DNA from: Eledone cirrhosa
Lineage: Eukaryota
Direction: 5' to 3'
Length of the DNA stretch: 64,000 nt
NCBI GenBank assembly: GCA_964016885.1
Contig: OZ024740.1
Span: forward strand, 239,754,001-239,818,000
Shown: positions 31,486 through 44,163 of the stretch, piece by piece
Layout: every line of letters begins with the position of its first letter
Position numbering within the stretch: position 1 is the first letter of the stretch
Position numbers and translations under genes: made by a program
The notes under the pieces: model-generated
Seen by the model: the letters and a program-made list of their open reading frames with translations, nothing else
Database searches by the model: none
What the model was told of the DNA's origin: nothing

Positions 31486-31705
31486 GTGCTGAATCTCTCG
31501 AGACGGTTGTAACTACGACGGAGTAAGTCAGTTAAATTTTATGAATTTATCGAAAGTTTTATATAGTAATTATTACATTAGTGTGTAGTTAGAAAACCCC
31601 TCTTCCAAAGGAGGTGTTTTTTTTTAACTATATCTCTCGTCCTTAAGGGCTGAATTTGTATTTATTTACAATCGTACCCTTCAAATTTTTGTTTAAAAAA
31701 AAAAC

Positions 31706-32887
31706 ATGGCGGACGAAAAAATTGTCCACGGGAGGAACAGCGGGTTGTTCGGAGGGTAGAACAGCCGATTCCGTCCAATCACAAGGCAAAGGCAAAAACA
31801 ACAGAAACAGCAGCAGCGACAGTGGCAGTGGTGGTGATAACAGAAACAGCAACCACTGGAACAGTAGCAGCAGCCATGCAACCTACGAAAATAATTTCCC
31901 ATTATTAGAAAGATCAGATACCACCGCTAGCCCAACAACAACAATAACAGCAGCAACAGCCATAAAGAACCCAGAGAACAACAACTGTAACAGCAGCAAC
32001 ACAAGAAGAAAAAAAAAACACCAACAACAACAACAGCAACAAAGGCAACACTAGCGATGAGTCAGCACAGCAGATCACAACACAACGCATTTTTCGTTAA
32101 AGCCAGAAAAACCAATGAGGGGATAAAACAAGCCAAGATCTTGGTTAAAAAGACCGGACACAGGGTAAGTCTCACCCTCCCAGCTAATATAATGAAAAAC
32201 AAGCTTTTGTGTTCGTTCAATTATCGCACAATAGGATTAAAATCGCGCCGAGTCGAACGAGCAACGGAGTCACAGGTCCAAAGAGCTATGGGTGCCGCCT
32301 GGGCACAGAAAACATACATAGACCGGGGATCGAGGTGTGATACTGTCGATGTACTCTTCGCTACACCGGAAGAAGCCAGAGAACACTCCATTGCGCCACT
32401 CCACAGTGACGAAATAATAATGATGCCCACATACTGCGGCCAGAGAGTGGTGAGGGTTCGAGGAACCCAGGTTCTGCTCTCAGTGGAGATCACGTGGTTG
32501 ACGGCGGTCATCCTCGCTGACGTTGAGGAATCAACAACTATACTCGACGTCATGCGAATAAAACAGGAGAATTAGACAGAGTCGGGGATGGAGCTAATCA
32601 TCCAAGCAAACTATGAGAGCATCGAGCCCATCCCCGATTCAATAGACCTGGATGGCGGCAGCCATCTACCCATGACTCGAACGGACAAACAAACTAAGAC
32701 CACAGTGGCAGAAGAAAAATCACTATCTCCAACAAAAAAAGCACCATCTCTTCCCCCCTCAACAGAACCAACGGAGAGCATGCTCCTTTCCGAAATTGCT
32801 AAATCGGACAAGAAGTGCGATGAGGCCGAAGGATGGCAAACAATCCCAGCAAAAAAGAGGAAGAAAGAAACCCAAAAAAGAAAATGA
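31706..32887 (+). pseudogene. Tx1-type ORF1 (low-complexity N-terminus, conserved central domain), disrupted
   Basis: RRVERATESQVQRAMG, RGSRCDTVDVLFATPEEA and PTYCGQRVVRV are homologous to the ORF1s at ~52660 and ~62023. Stops at 32052 and 32573; zinc knuckle absent. Confidence 0.8.
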
Positions 32888-33437
32888 AAACGAACCCACC
32901 TTCTCCACCACCATCAACAGCCACACCCCCACAACCACCTTCAGCATCACCACCACCACCACCACCACCACCACCACCACCACTACCACCACCATCACCA
33001 CCACTATTAGCATCTGCCCCATCGTCACCTCCAACAACACCACAGCAAACACAGTAAGCACCAACACCCCAACAGCAGACACAATACACAGCCATAGACA
33101 CAGACAACACAAACCTTTTAAATTACATTCAACACCACACCAACATCACAGAAACAAACTACGGACAAACCACCAAAATTGCACCTTCCACACACATAAA
33201 AATAATAGAAATCACCCCCAAAAAATTACATGACATTAAAAAAAAATGTTCCCCACATCAATTGGAGACTAACTGGGGAACATTACTAAAAAAATATTCA
33301 AAGACATTCTCGTGGAGAAACCCGCCACTGGTCGGAGGGTTCGATCACCCACCTCTTTCCTAAAAAAGAGCCACAGGGAAATCTTTTTTTTATTTTACTT
33401 TTCCCCTCACACTTGTTTTCCTCCTATCATAGCCAAC

Positions 33438-36400
33438 ATGGCTTCCATCAGGATAGGTAGTATAAATGCACGTGGCCTGGGGTCATCTTGGAAGCAGGGC
33501 CACATGCTTAACGATCTCAGGTCGCTAAACATAGATGTGGTGACCATCAGCGAGACCAGAATCTCCGAGGCAAGGTAATTCTCACCCATTTTCGGCGGCT
33601 ACGAGGTGTACACAGCTCGAAGCCGTCTCAGATCTGGGGAGTGGGGTGGGGTGGCTGTGTTGTTCCAGAGAAGTGTGGATCTCGAGACACAGGCCGTCTT
33701 CTTGGACCCATAAGGTAAGTTGGTGGTGCTGGACGTGACCAGCTGAGAAGGCAAGCTTTCAGACTAGTGGCCGTCTATGCTCCAACAGGAGCAGGACGGC
33801 CTGACTTCTTCCGGCGTCTGGAGACCTTACTTGGAATGTCCCGCCCTTTAGTGTTAGTGGGCGACTGGAACGGGATCTTAGATGCACGCTGGGACTGTGT
33901 GGGATTAGCAGATAGGAGAGGAGGGTGTAAAAGACTTGCAAACCTGCTCAGACGGTTTCAACTGTCTGACAGGTACCGTCTTGATTTCCCGAATGTGCCA
34001 ATGTGGACTTACACAAACCGCATCGCGTCATCAAGATGATATCTAGATAGAGTATTTTGTAGGGAAATAGATAGGTCTAGCATAGGCTGTTCACAATTCA
34101 AGATAGTCGTCTACACGGACCACAAATTAGAGATCTGTGAGGTTGACTTAGATAGGCTTCATAAACGAGGACCCAGCTACTGGAAGCAAAAGGCGTCGTT
34201 AACAGTGCGCAAGACCTACAGAGACCGGATTAGCGAACTAGTTAAGCGGGCGTTGACGGGCGCCATCGTCAACAACAAGTGGTGTTTTGCTCTGAAAAGA
34301 GCGATTAGAATAGAGTCCATTAGGTTTAGAAGGCGTTAGCAATAGAGAAAAATAGAACGGAGTGAGAACTAGTTAGGAAATTAGACCAAGCGATTAGTAA
34401 AGGCACCTCGACCGACGTACTTGCGGCGAAATTGGCCCTTGACCAATTCTTCAACGCAAAGCACGAGGCTGCGTTGTCAGAGCTAGGGTGCGTGCTCTCG
34501 GACACGAGGGGACGAAAGCCGTTCAGTGGACCCGAGTGGCGGAGGCGCGTCGTGGCAACAAAGCCACGATCCGGTCTTTGGTCGACTACGACGGGCGCAT
34601 GCTATTCGATCCCGGGAAAATGTGTGAAACTTTTCAGCGACACTTCACTCAGGTGTTCGGGGGCAGCGGCGGGCCGGGTAGAGGGATGGACGTTAGTGTC
34701 TACCTCGACGGACTGCCGCGGCTCTCGGCCACTGAGGCGGAGTGTTGTGAAAAGCCGATAACAGCCGCTGAAGTACGGGAGACAATGACCGGCTGCACAA
34801 GGGGTAAATCGCCTGGTTTGGATGGTCTGCCCTATGAACTTTACTTACAGATGCCAGACTTGTTCGGAGGCCTCTTGGCGGACGTCTACTGCAACTGGCA
34901 ACAGAACGGGAGAATTCCCAGCTCTGTGAGCCGAGGAACGGTGGCGCTACTGAGAAACACAGAGTTCAAGATTTTGGCCAAGGTGCTAGCAAATAGGTTG
35001 GCGCTTGTCGTTGGTGGTCTGGTGGGAGAGGCGCAGCCATGCGCCATTCCCGACAGATCCATCCACGACAACCTCCACCTCATGCGATACATCGTAGAGA
35101 GGGTAGCTAGAGAACCTGGCACGGGTGGGTCCTTGATCAATTTAGATCAGTGAAAGCTTTCGATAGGGTCGACCATCGTTACCTAGCGGCAGTCCTGAGG
35201 GCGGCTGGCTTTGGGTCCGTCTTCAGAGGCTGGATTTCTGCCATGCAGAGCGACATCTGCTCTGTGGTGAGAATGAACGGTCAATTTTCGGAACCATTCA
35301 ACATCATGCGCTCGGTCCGCCAAGGATGTCACTTCTCGTCCCTCTTGTACGTATTGACTCTCGAGCCATTACTGCACAAACTGGAGACGTTGAGGGGGTT
35401 CCCGCGCGAACTAGGATGCGGAAGATCCATGTCAGCATATGCGTACGATGTCACCGTAGTGGTGTCGAACGCCAAAAAGATCGAGGCGATCGGCACTACA
35501 CTAAGAGAATACGAAGCGGTGACAGGAGCAATGATCAACAAGGAAAAGTCAGTGGGCCTGCAGCTCGGCACCTGCAGAGGCAGGTCCATGCCGTCCAACA
35601 GCGTCCTCGGGCACTGGATGGACGGACCAGTCAAATTGCTAGGGGGTCTGGTTCGGTCCGGCCCTCCAGACGGACAAAAACTAGGACGAGGTGACGAGCA
35701 GGGTGGCTTCTCTCACCCAGAAATGGACGGAGAGGAAGCTATCCCTGAAAGGTCGAGCGGAGGTGGCTAACGCTTACATCGCGTCCGTCATCTACTACCG
35801 CCTGACTGTCGTATCTTGTCCTAAGCCCCGCCTGACTGCGCTGGAGCGTTTGCTCTTTCGCTTTTTGTGGAAGGGACGCGCTCCGATGGTCAGGCGGTCC
35901 ATCTGCTGTCAACACCCGCTACGTGGAGGGCTGGGCAAGCCGTGGCTGATGATGCGCAGACACGCCCTCAGGCTACGACATCTCCACCTCTTCCTCGACG
36001 GTGATCAGGTGTGGTCGCCGTTTGCTAGACACGTTTTTCCCCAGCTCGTCTCCTTGACGGAGCTGCAGTCCTGGGTCAAGCAAAGACCGAGAGGGAGCGC
36101 TTGGAGACTGGAATGTCTTCAGGTGCTCACAGCCCTCGACCAATCGGGCAATGTGATCGGGGGAAACTCCACCTTGGCGTTCTATAGGGGATTAGTGGAG
36201 GGGAAGAGCGACGATGTACTTGGAGAAACTCTAGGCGTCGACGAAAATCAACTAGCCAATCTCTTCGGAAGGACTTTCGGGCCGGGGCCTATGGACAACT
36301 TCCAGAAATCCCTGGCCTGGCAGTGCTACCGAGGAGCTTTGCCAGTTCGGGATAAACTCTACAGGCATGGAGGTGCCGTCAGCCGAGCATGTCTGAGATG

Positions 36401-36807
36401 CGCACAGGGCGACGAAACCGTCCTGCACGCACTCGTCCAGTGTCCGAGCATTGCTGACTTGTGGGTTTATGTCGAACACCTGCTGTCACGTGTAGGACGG
36501 ATCCGGCTATCAGCTGAGTCCAATCGTGAGGATTGCCCCGCCCTCCTCCTTTAGCCGGGAAGGGCAGGCAGTTTTTATCTGTCTGGTGGCCATGGCGAAA
36601 GAGATAATATGGTGGACACGTTTGAAAGGGCTGAAGACAAGCACTTACCTCTTCGGTGATGCCCTGATTAACTTTTTCAAATTTCATTTGAAAAGGAAAA
36701 TCAGGGTAGAGAGGGAAGTGCTCTTTTCCCAGCATTTTGTTGAAAGATGGGTGAGAGAGGCAAGAATGGCCCGAGTGAATAGGCCTACTCTGAGTATGTG
36801 TCTGTAA
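33438..36807 (+). pseudogene. Tx1-type ORF2: AP endonuclease + reverse transcriptase + Cys/His tail, multiple stops and frameshifts
   Basis: SINARGL, ISET, VYAP, GDWN, TDH; GKSPGLDGLP, LDQ*KAFDRVDH, SVRQGC, YAYD (YADD mutated), CLRC..ETVLH...C. Confidence 0.92.
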
Positions 36808-37062
36808 ATTAAAGGTGGAAAACTGGGAGAGGGCACTTGCCCTGGTGATCAGGGTCACTGTGGCCTTTTAATGGCTTTTCTCCACAAATGCCCCTCGGAA
36901 GTCTCCCCCCTATTGGGGAATTTTTCATTGTTATTTTTTTGTTACATCCTCTGTTTTTGTTTTTTACACGCAGAAATGCCCATTTGTACCGTCCTGTATT
37001 GTACTGTACTGTTCTTAATGTCTACTTTATGTAAACCCTTGTGGTTAATAAAGAAAGCATTG

Positions 37063-37145
37063 AAATAAAGTACCAGTAATGCACTGAGTAATTGCTGGCC
37101 TTGTGCCTAAAGTAGAAACAATCATTATTATTATTATTATTATTA

Positions 37146-37176
<31 letters not shown>

Positions 37177-37201
37177 CATCATTATCATTATTATTATTAT
37201 T
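37063..37201 (+). mobile_element. SINE 3' remnant with long (ATT)n tail
   Basis: aaataaagtaccagtaatgcactg..ttgctggccttgtgcctaaagtagaaacaa followed by ~90 bp (ATT)n. Confidence 0.85.
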
Positions 37202-38256
37202 GTGCTTTGAAGGATGAACATTCATCTTTTTTACCCTCGTGTGAAAAAGAATAATATTTTTGTCTAGATCTTTCTGTTTAATTTTGTAAATAGACTTTTA
37301 CTTGTATAGCAAGATATTTTCTTTGTCTGGCTAACACGCCTCTGGGAATGTTGAAGAGATCTTTGAATATTTTGAAACACGAATGTGAATTAAAAGAAGC
37401 ATTTTAACAAATAAAACGAACAGAATGATAAAACTCAAAGAAGAAAACGCAGACATTTTAACTACACAGAAAAAAATATTCAAGAAACGAAGGCAATATT
37501 AAAGGCAGCAAAACGTTTGTAAATGTTGCCCGCTAAACTAATTCTTAAAATAGGTTAACTCTCAGAAATAAAATAAAATTTGGGACACGTATGTTACGAA
37601 ATCTTCTGCCTCCTTGCCCCTTCTTTAATAAAATCATAAGTCAATAAGGTATCATGGCATACTTATTCCAGATCCTATTTTCTTTTTGAAATTTAACCTA
37701 TATTCAGAATTACATTTTCGCCGGCAACATTTGCAAAAGACTTGCAAACGATTGAGAGAAAATGTGAAACATGTATACCATGAAATCTTCTACTTCTTTG
37801 ATGATTTTATTAAAGAAAGGATAGAAGAAAGAAAGAGACACTCGTCTATGAAAAGAAAACTAAATGGGATTTCAGTAGGTCCTCAAATAAAGAGTTGAAA
37901 GAAATGTTAGAAGATACATGAGTTATAAATGATTGCCATCAGCCAAGGAGAGGCATATGGTACAGGTTGAGTTACTGTGCTACTTATCTTCCTACAAACT
38001 CGTTCCGTGGCGGAAGACAAGGGGTCACACCAAAAGACATGGGTAGTGATAATGAACCTTGGCTCATTCTTATCTTTGGGGCGTATTACGGTCAAGGATA
38101 TCAAGACATGAGATCAGGTTAATTTTGAATGTACCTGCATTTCCTGATGATACCTGAAGACCTACTTCTCGAGCTGTATTCACCATGGATGCAAAAGGAA
38201 AAGTGATACGATGAATGGGAAAGGGCAGAATGCCTAGCGTTTACACTAGTAGTAGC

Positions 38257-38288
<32 letters not shown>

Positions 38289-38291
38289 CAA

Positions 38292-38349
<58 letters not shown>

Positions 38350-38780
38350 TGCTGATGTTGTTATTATAAGAAGCATCAGTACGAATGGTAATACCAGGAA
38401 CAATTTTAGTTGGAATCGTTACAGCAAAAGCAGCGAAATTTGCTGCAGCAGCAGCAACAGCAGCAACGGCAGCAACAGCAGCAACGGCAGCAACAGCAGC
38501 AGTGTCAGCAGTAACTATAGTAAGAGCAGCAATTCTTATAGGAAGACTTTTAGCAGAAATAGCAATAAGAACAACAACAAAATCATCAGCATCACAATAC
38601 TAACCACAGTAAAAGTAGCAGCAAGAACTGGAATAATAATAATAACATTAATAATAAGTTTGGTAAAAAAAAAAAAAAAAATGTAGCCACAGCAACAGTA
38701 ACAACAACAATAACATCTGCAATATTGGATCATGGATAGTGCCAGCAGTAACAACAAAACTACCAACAACAACCTTGACA
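37202..38780 (+). mobile_element. Possible ancient Tx1-like 5' relic followed by (AGT)n/(GCA)n low complexity
   Basis: Starts (ATT)n-GTGCT..GAA like the 31486 element. Peptide remnants ISQGEAYGT and AYYGQG resemble ITRGKKYAT and PSYCGQ of ORF1. Confidence 0.35.
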
Positions 38781-40628
38781 TCCCAATTTTGTTAGGTATT
38801 CTAATTCCCTCACGTAAACGTTATTAATGTATGGTAATATTTGCTATTTTTGGCAGATATCCATAGTAAAAGAAAATTCCACTAATTGGAATCAATAAGA
38901 AAATATCAACAAGGTTATATATTATATATTATATATATATATATTAAATATATATATATTATATATATTATATATATATATATATATAATAGATAATATA
39001 TAACCTTGTTATATACATATATATATATTATATATATATATGTGTGTGTGTGTGTGCATGTGTGTGTGTGTATATATATATATATGTATGTGTGTGTGTG
39101 CGTGCGTGTGTGTGTGTGTATATAGATATATATATATATGTATGTGTGTGTGTGTGTGCTTTGCATACACATATATAAGTTCATATACATAGTCATGCAT
39201 ATGTGTGTATAAGCAAGTGTATGGGGTTTGTCCGATAGAGTAGGAAGAATAAAGTTTCTTACACGTCCTTGGCCGATTCTAAAACATCCTTATAAATTGC
39301 TTTTTATCTATTTATTTCACGATCGATTTTAGCAATTGGTTTCAAAAAAAGATATACTTTATTTTATTTATTTTATTGTTTTGCTCTTGCTTAAAAGCAG
39401 TTTCTATTTGAATGCAGTTAACAATAGACTATTAGATTAAGGTAGCAAAGATAATTTACAATATCAAATATGTTTAAGGGAATAATGTTATGCTAGTTAA
39501 TTATTTAATACTATGGTACAATGGAAACATCTGACCTTTCCAAATTTATTTTGGCTGGTTTGCAAGCTTTAGCTTTTTTAATTATAAATTGCAATTTTGT
39601 GACATAAATTGCTGCAATTTTCCAATAAAACATTGCCAGTACCCCAGGTACTCTAACTATAAGAACTCCAACAGCATGTGAATAGTGTATAGGTTACATC
39701 TTTCACGGCGTCTCAATGTACGAGGGGAGAAAATGCTGGAATATGTAGAAAGAGGAAAGATCCTATGATAGTGTACCAGAGTGGCAAGTGAAGGGTTATT
39801 CTATGATCTATACTTACAGTTAGAAATAGCAGAAACATAAGAACAGAAACACACTGATTCACAAGGAAAAAAAATGAAATATTGATTGTCTCAAGTAAAG
39901 GTATTATCAGAAATATTATAGTGGGTAATATAGTGTAAAAATTATTTTATTTCAAAATATTCATGTAGTTTCCTAGAATAAAATTACTTAAAATTAATAA
40001 AGAATTTAATATTTAGAAAACATATAGAAAAAGAAAATAGTATTGGAAATAATTATAAATGCTATAAATGAGAGGAAAAGCAGGGAAAGAGCAAAGATTG
40101 TTAAGCAAAGAAAGAATGGAAGGCGGAAGAGAAGACCGTGACAGACTCTAGACCTAAGTCAGAACGGTATTTCGCCTGCGCTACGCGAACAAAATGTGAA
40201 AGGTATTTCTGCGGAAAATGGCCAGCGGCACCCACTGCAACAGCCACTCCACCTCGCAGAGCTCCTTCCTCAGTTGTTAGGATGATAGTCGGAATTTTGC
40301 TAATGATAGAGCATTCAAATTTAGAGACTTTCTGGGTTGTGTCTTGCAACAAACTGTATATTCACATGAGCATATTTATTTTGTCGTGTAAGTGGTTCGG
40401 GATCTGTGTAGCAATTTCTGACACAACGAAGCAATTGTGTGTTTTTCATAATGTATTGTTTTTTTTTGTGAAGAATTTGAGAGTCGAGAAATAACCATGT
40501 TTGATATAGTATATTGTTTATACACCAGTGTTGTTGCTTCTATGTGTCAAATGCGAATTCTTGGAGTGTTTGTACGTAGTTTTACTTTCTTCCGTCTTCA
40601 TTTACTGTTGTGAACCTGAATACCTGAA

Positions 40629-42750
40629 TACAGAATATTTGTGTTTCCTATATATGTGGTGTACTTTCGTCACAGAATAGCTGTGTTTCCTGTATATGTG
40701 GTGTACTTTCGTCACAGAATAGCTGTGTTTCCTGTATATGTGGTGTACTTACGTCACAGAATAGCTGTGTTTCCTGTATATGTGGTGTACTTTCGTCACA
40801 GAATAGCTGTGTTTCCTGTATATGTGGTATACTTACGTCACAGAATAGCTGTATTTCCTGTATATGTGGTGTACTTACGTCACAGAATAGCTGTGTTTCC
40901 TGTATATGTGGTGTACTTACGTCACAGAATAGCTGTGTTTCCTGTATATGTGGTATACTTACGTCACAGAATAACTGTGTTTCCTGTATATGTGGTATAC
41001 TTACGTCACAGAATAACTGTGTTTCCTGTATATGTGGTGTACTTACGTCACCGAATAGCTGTGTTTCCTGTATATGTGGTGTACTTTCGTCACAGAATAG
41101 CTGTCTTTCCTGTATATGTGGTGTACTTACGTCACAGAATAGCTGTGTTTCCTGTATATGTGGTGTACTTTCGTCACAGAATAGCTGTGTTTCCTGTATA
41201 TGTGGTGTACTTTCGTCACAGAATAGCTGTCTTTCCTGTATATGTGGTGTACTTACGTCACAGAATAGCTGTGTTTCCTGTATATGTGGTATACTTACGT
41301 CACTGAATAGCTGTGTTTCCTGTATATGTGGTATACTTTCGTCACAGAATAGCTGTGTTTCCTGTATATGTGGTATACTTACGTCACAGAATAGCTGTAT
41401 TTCCTGTATATGTGGTGTACTTACGTCACAGAATAGCTGTGTTTCCTGTATATGTGGTGTACTTACGTCACAGAATAGCTGTGTTTCCTGTATATGTGGT
41501 ATACTTACGTCACAGAATAACTGTGTTTCCTGTATATGTGGTATACTTACGTCACTGAATAGCTGTGTTTCCTGTATATGTGGTATACTTTCGTCACAGA
41601 ATAGCTGTGTTTCCTGTATATGTGGTATACTTTCGCCACTAAATGTTTGTGTTTCCTGTATATGTGGTGTACTTTCGCCACTGAATATTTGTGTTTCCTG
41701 TATATGTGGTGTACTTACGTCACAGAATAGCTGTGTTTCCTGTATATGTGGTGTACTTTCGTCACAGAATAGCTGTGTTTCCTGTATATGTGGTGTACTT
41801 ACGTCACAGAATAGCTGTGTTTCCTGTATATGTGGTGTACTTACGTCACAGAATAGCTGTGTTTCCTGTATATGTGGTATACTTACGTCACTGAATAGCT
41901 GTGTTTCCTGTATATGTGGTATACTTTCGTCACAGAATAGCTGTGTTTCCTGTATATGTGGTATACTTTCGCCACTAAATGTTTGTGTTTCCTGTATATG
42001 TGGTGTACTTTCGCCACTGAATATTTGTGTTTCCTGTATATGTGGTGTACTTACGTCACAGAATAGCTGTGTTTCCTGTATATGTGGTGTACTTTCGTCA
42101 CAGAATAGCTGTGTTTCCTGTATATGTGGTGTACTTACGTCACAGAATAGCTGTGTTTCCTGTATATGTGGTGTACTTACGTCACAGAATAGCTGTGTTT
42201 CCTGTATATGTGGTATACTTACGTCACTGAATAGCTGTGTTTCCTGTATATGTGGTATACTTTCGTCACAGAATAGCTGTGTTTCCTGTATATGTGGTAT
42301 ACTTTCGCCACTAAATGTTTGTGTTTCCTGTATATGTGGTGTACTTTCGCCACTGAATATTTGTGTTTCCTGTATATGTGGTGTACTTACGTCACAGAAT
42401 AGCTGTGTTTCCTGTATATGTGGTGTACTTTCGTCACAGAATAGCTGTGTTTCCTGTATATGTGGTGTACTTACGTCACAGAATAGCTGTGTTTCCTGTA
42501 TATGTGGTATACTTACGTCACTGAATAGCTGTGTTTCCTGTATATGTGGTATACTTTCGTCACAGAATAGCTGTGTTTCCTGTATATGTGGTATACTTTC
42601 GCCACTAAATGTTTGTGTTTCCTGTATATGTGGTGTACTTTCGCCACTGAATATTTGTGTTTCCTGTATATGTGGTGTACTTTCGCCACTAAATGTTTGC
42701 GTTTCCTGTATGGTGTTTCCTGTATATGTGGTGTTCTTTCACCACTGAAT
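40629..42750. repeat. 42 bp minisatellite, ~50 units, with higher-order structure
   Basis: Unit CACAGAATAGCTGTGTTTCCTGTATATGTGGTRTACTTWCGT. Variant gccactaaatg recurs at 41635, 41971, 42307 and 42601. Confidence 0.97.
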
Positions 42751-42897
42751 GTAATAATTCTTCAGGAGTTAGATGCTTAGGTGTATGTTTGTGATTTTCT
42801 TTTAGCCGGATAAATCTTAATATTTCAAATGCAACTGTTTTTCTTTTCTGGTGTGTATATGAGTGTGTGTGCTTATGTGTGTGTGTGTACGAGTGTA

Positions 42898-42989
<92 letters not shown>

Positions 42990-43682
42990 TGTGTGTGTGT
43001 GTGTGTGTTGACGATGGCAAAAAGTGTGGAGTATCGCAGAAAATGTCTAGTCTTATCTATATTTCTCAGAAAATGGTTAAAACAGTTTCAGGTTTGATCC
43101 TGTTTTTATATTGATTTCCATTTAATCTTTAATGTACTTTAGACGGCTTCATATAACAGATTCAAGTTGACATTATTGGGAATCTAGTATTTTAGTATGT
43201 GTGTTTGTTTAGTATGTTATAAGTACATCCTATAGTTGTCTTCTATTTTAGAGTTAACTCTTCCGATGTTGTGCAGGACATGTTTTTTACAAGGAAGAAA
43301 TACATTATGCGTTGGACATGTGTGCTGTATAACAATATAAGCAATTGGATAAATATAATAGCTTACTTTACATAGGCAAAACTTAATACGAAAAAATGCG
43401 GGACCCTGGTTTCTAGATTTAATTAATTCGGATGATATATAAGAATGTATAAATGACCTTAACACGTGTGTTATAGAAACAAATATTGACGTATCATTAG
43501 TGCTGTTATTGACTCCGGGGAACAGAAAATGGGAGATGGAACTTTAATAGATTCCTGTATGATATTGGCAATGCAAATAAGTATTTAAACCTCTGACTCA
43601 AGTTTTCAAAGGAAGGCTGATGTTTCTTCGGCCGTATAAGTATCTATATAAGTCTATGGTTCGTAGAAAAATATGACTCATA

Positions 43683-43880
43683 AAGGGGTGGATTGGCAGT
43701 ATCGGTAGAGCGTCAGAGACCTTTATGCTTTGCAGCACAGAGTTATGGCCCTTTACGTTCTGAGTTCAAATCCCACCGAGGTTAACTTTGTCTTTCATTT
43801 TTACGGGGTGGATAAAATAAAGCACCAGTAATGCACTGGAGTAATTGCAGGCCTTGTGCCTAAAGTAGATAAATTATTAT
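43683..43880 (+). mobile_element. Full-length tRNA-derived SINE (main family)
   Basis: A-box-like tggcagtatcggtaga, B-box gagttcaaatcc, Nin-like core, (ATT)n tail. Confidence 0.88.
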
Positions 43881-43994
43881 TAGTAATGCCATTACCAAGA
43901 AAATATAATCTTTTATCCAATTAAAATTTCCAGTACCTAAATTTGCTTTTTTTAATATTAAACAAATCCAGTAAACTCACATATGCTGTAATAT

Positions 43995-44098
43995 AATTGT
44001 TTCTACTTTTGGCACAAAGCCAGCAATTAACCAGTGTATTACTGGTACTTTATTTTATCGACCCCGTAAGGATGAAAGGCAAAGTTAACCTCGGCGAG
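43995..44098 (-). mobile_element. 5'-truncated SINE (main family), tail-to-tail with 43683-43880
   Basis: Reverse complement of gccgaggttaactttgcctttcatccttacggggtcgataaaataaaagtacc...gtgcc..aagtagaaacaatt. Confidence 0.88.
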
Positions 44099-44163
44099 AT
44101 GTACGAAATATAATTGATTTAAAGTTAAAGTTATATATAGACTTCAGTACCTTGTGCTAAATA

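Larger units (their letters stand above)
27275..32712 (+). repeat. Donor arm of the ~5.4 kb inverted duplication
   Basis: Continues without a break into the rest of the Tx1 element (32713-37056), so this is the original copy. Confidence 0.95.
31486..37056 (+). mobile_element. Near full-length Tx1/L1-clade non-LTR retrotransposon, inactivated
   Basis: 5'UTR, ORF1, Thr-rich spacer, ORF2 with APE endonuclease and RT, 3'UTR ending aataaagaa; preceded by (ATT)n. Confidence 0.93.

Noticed and set aside
38119-38781. Mucin- or antifreeze-like Thr/Ala-rich ORFs (also 32796-33233, 52662-53234)
   Set aside because: Trinucleotide low complexity within or beside Tx1 ORF1 and spacer regions.
40641-42780. 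Repetitive protein (HRIAVFPVYVVYLR)n
   Set aside because: A consequence of the 42 bp unit being a multiple of 3. TGA/TAA variants interrupt it, and no start or splice context supports coding.
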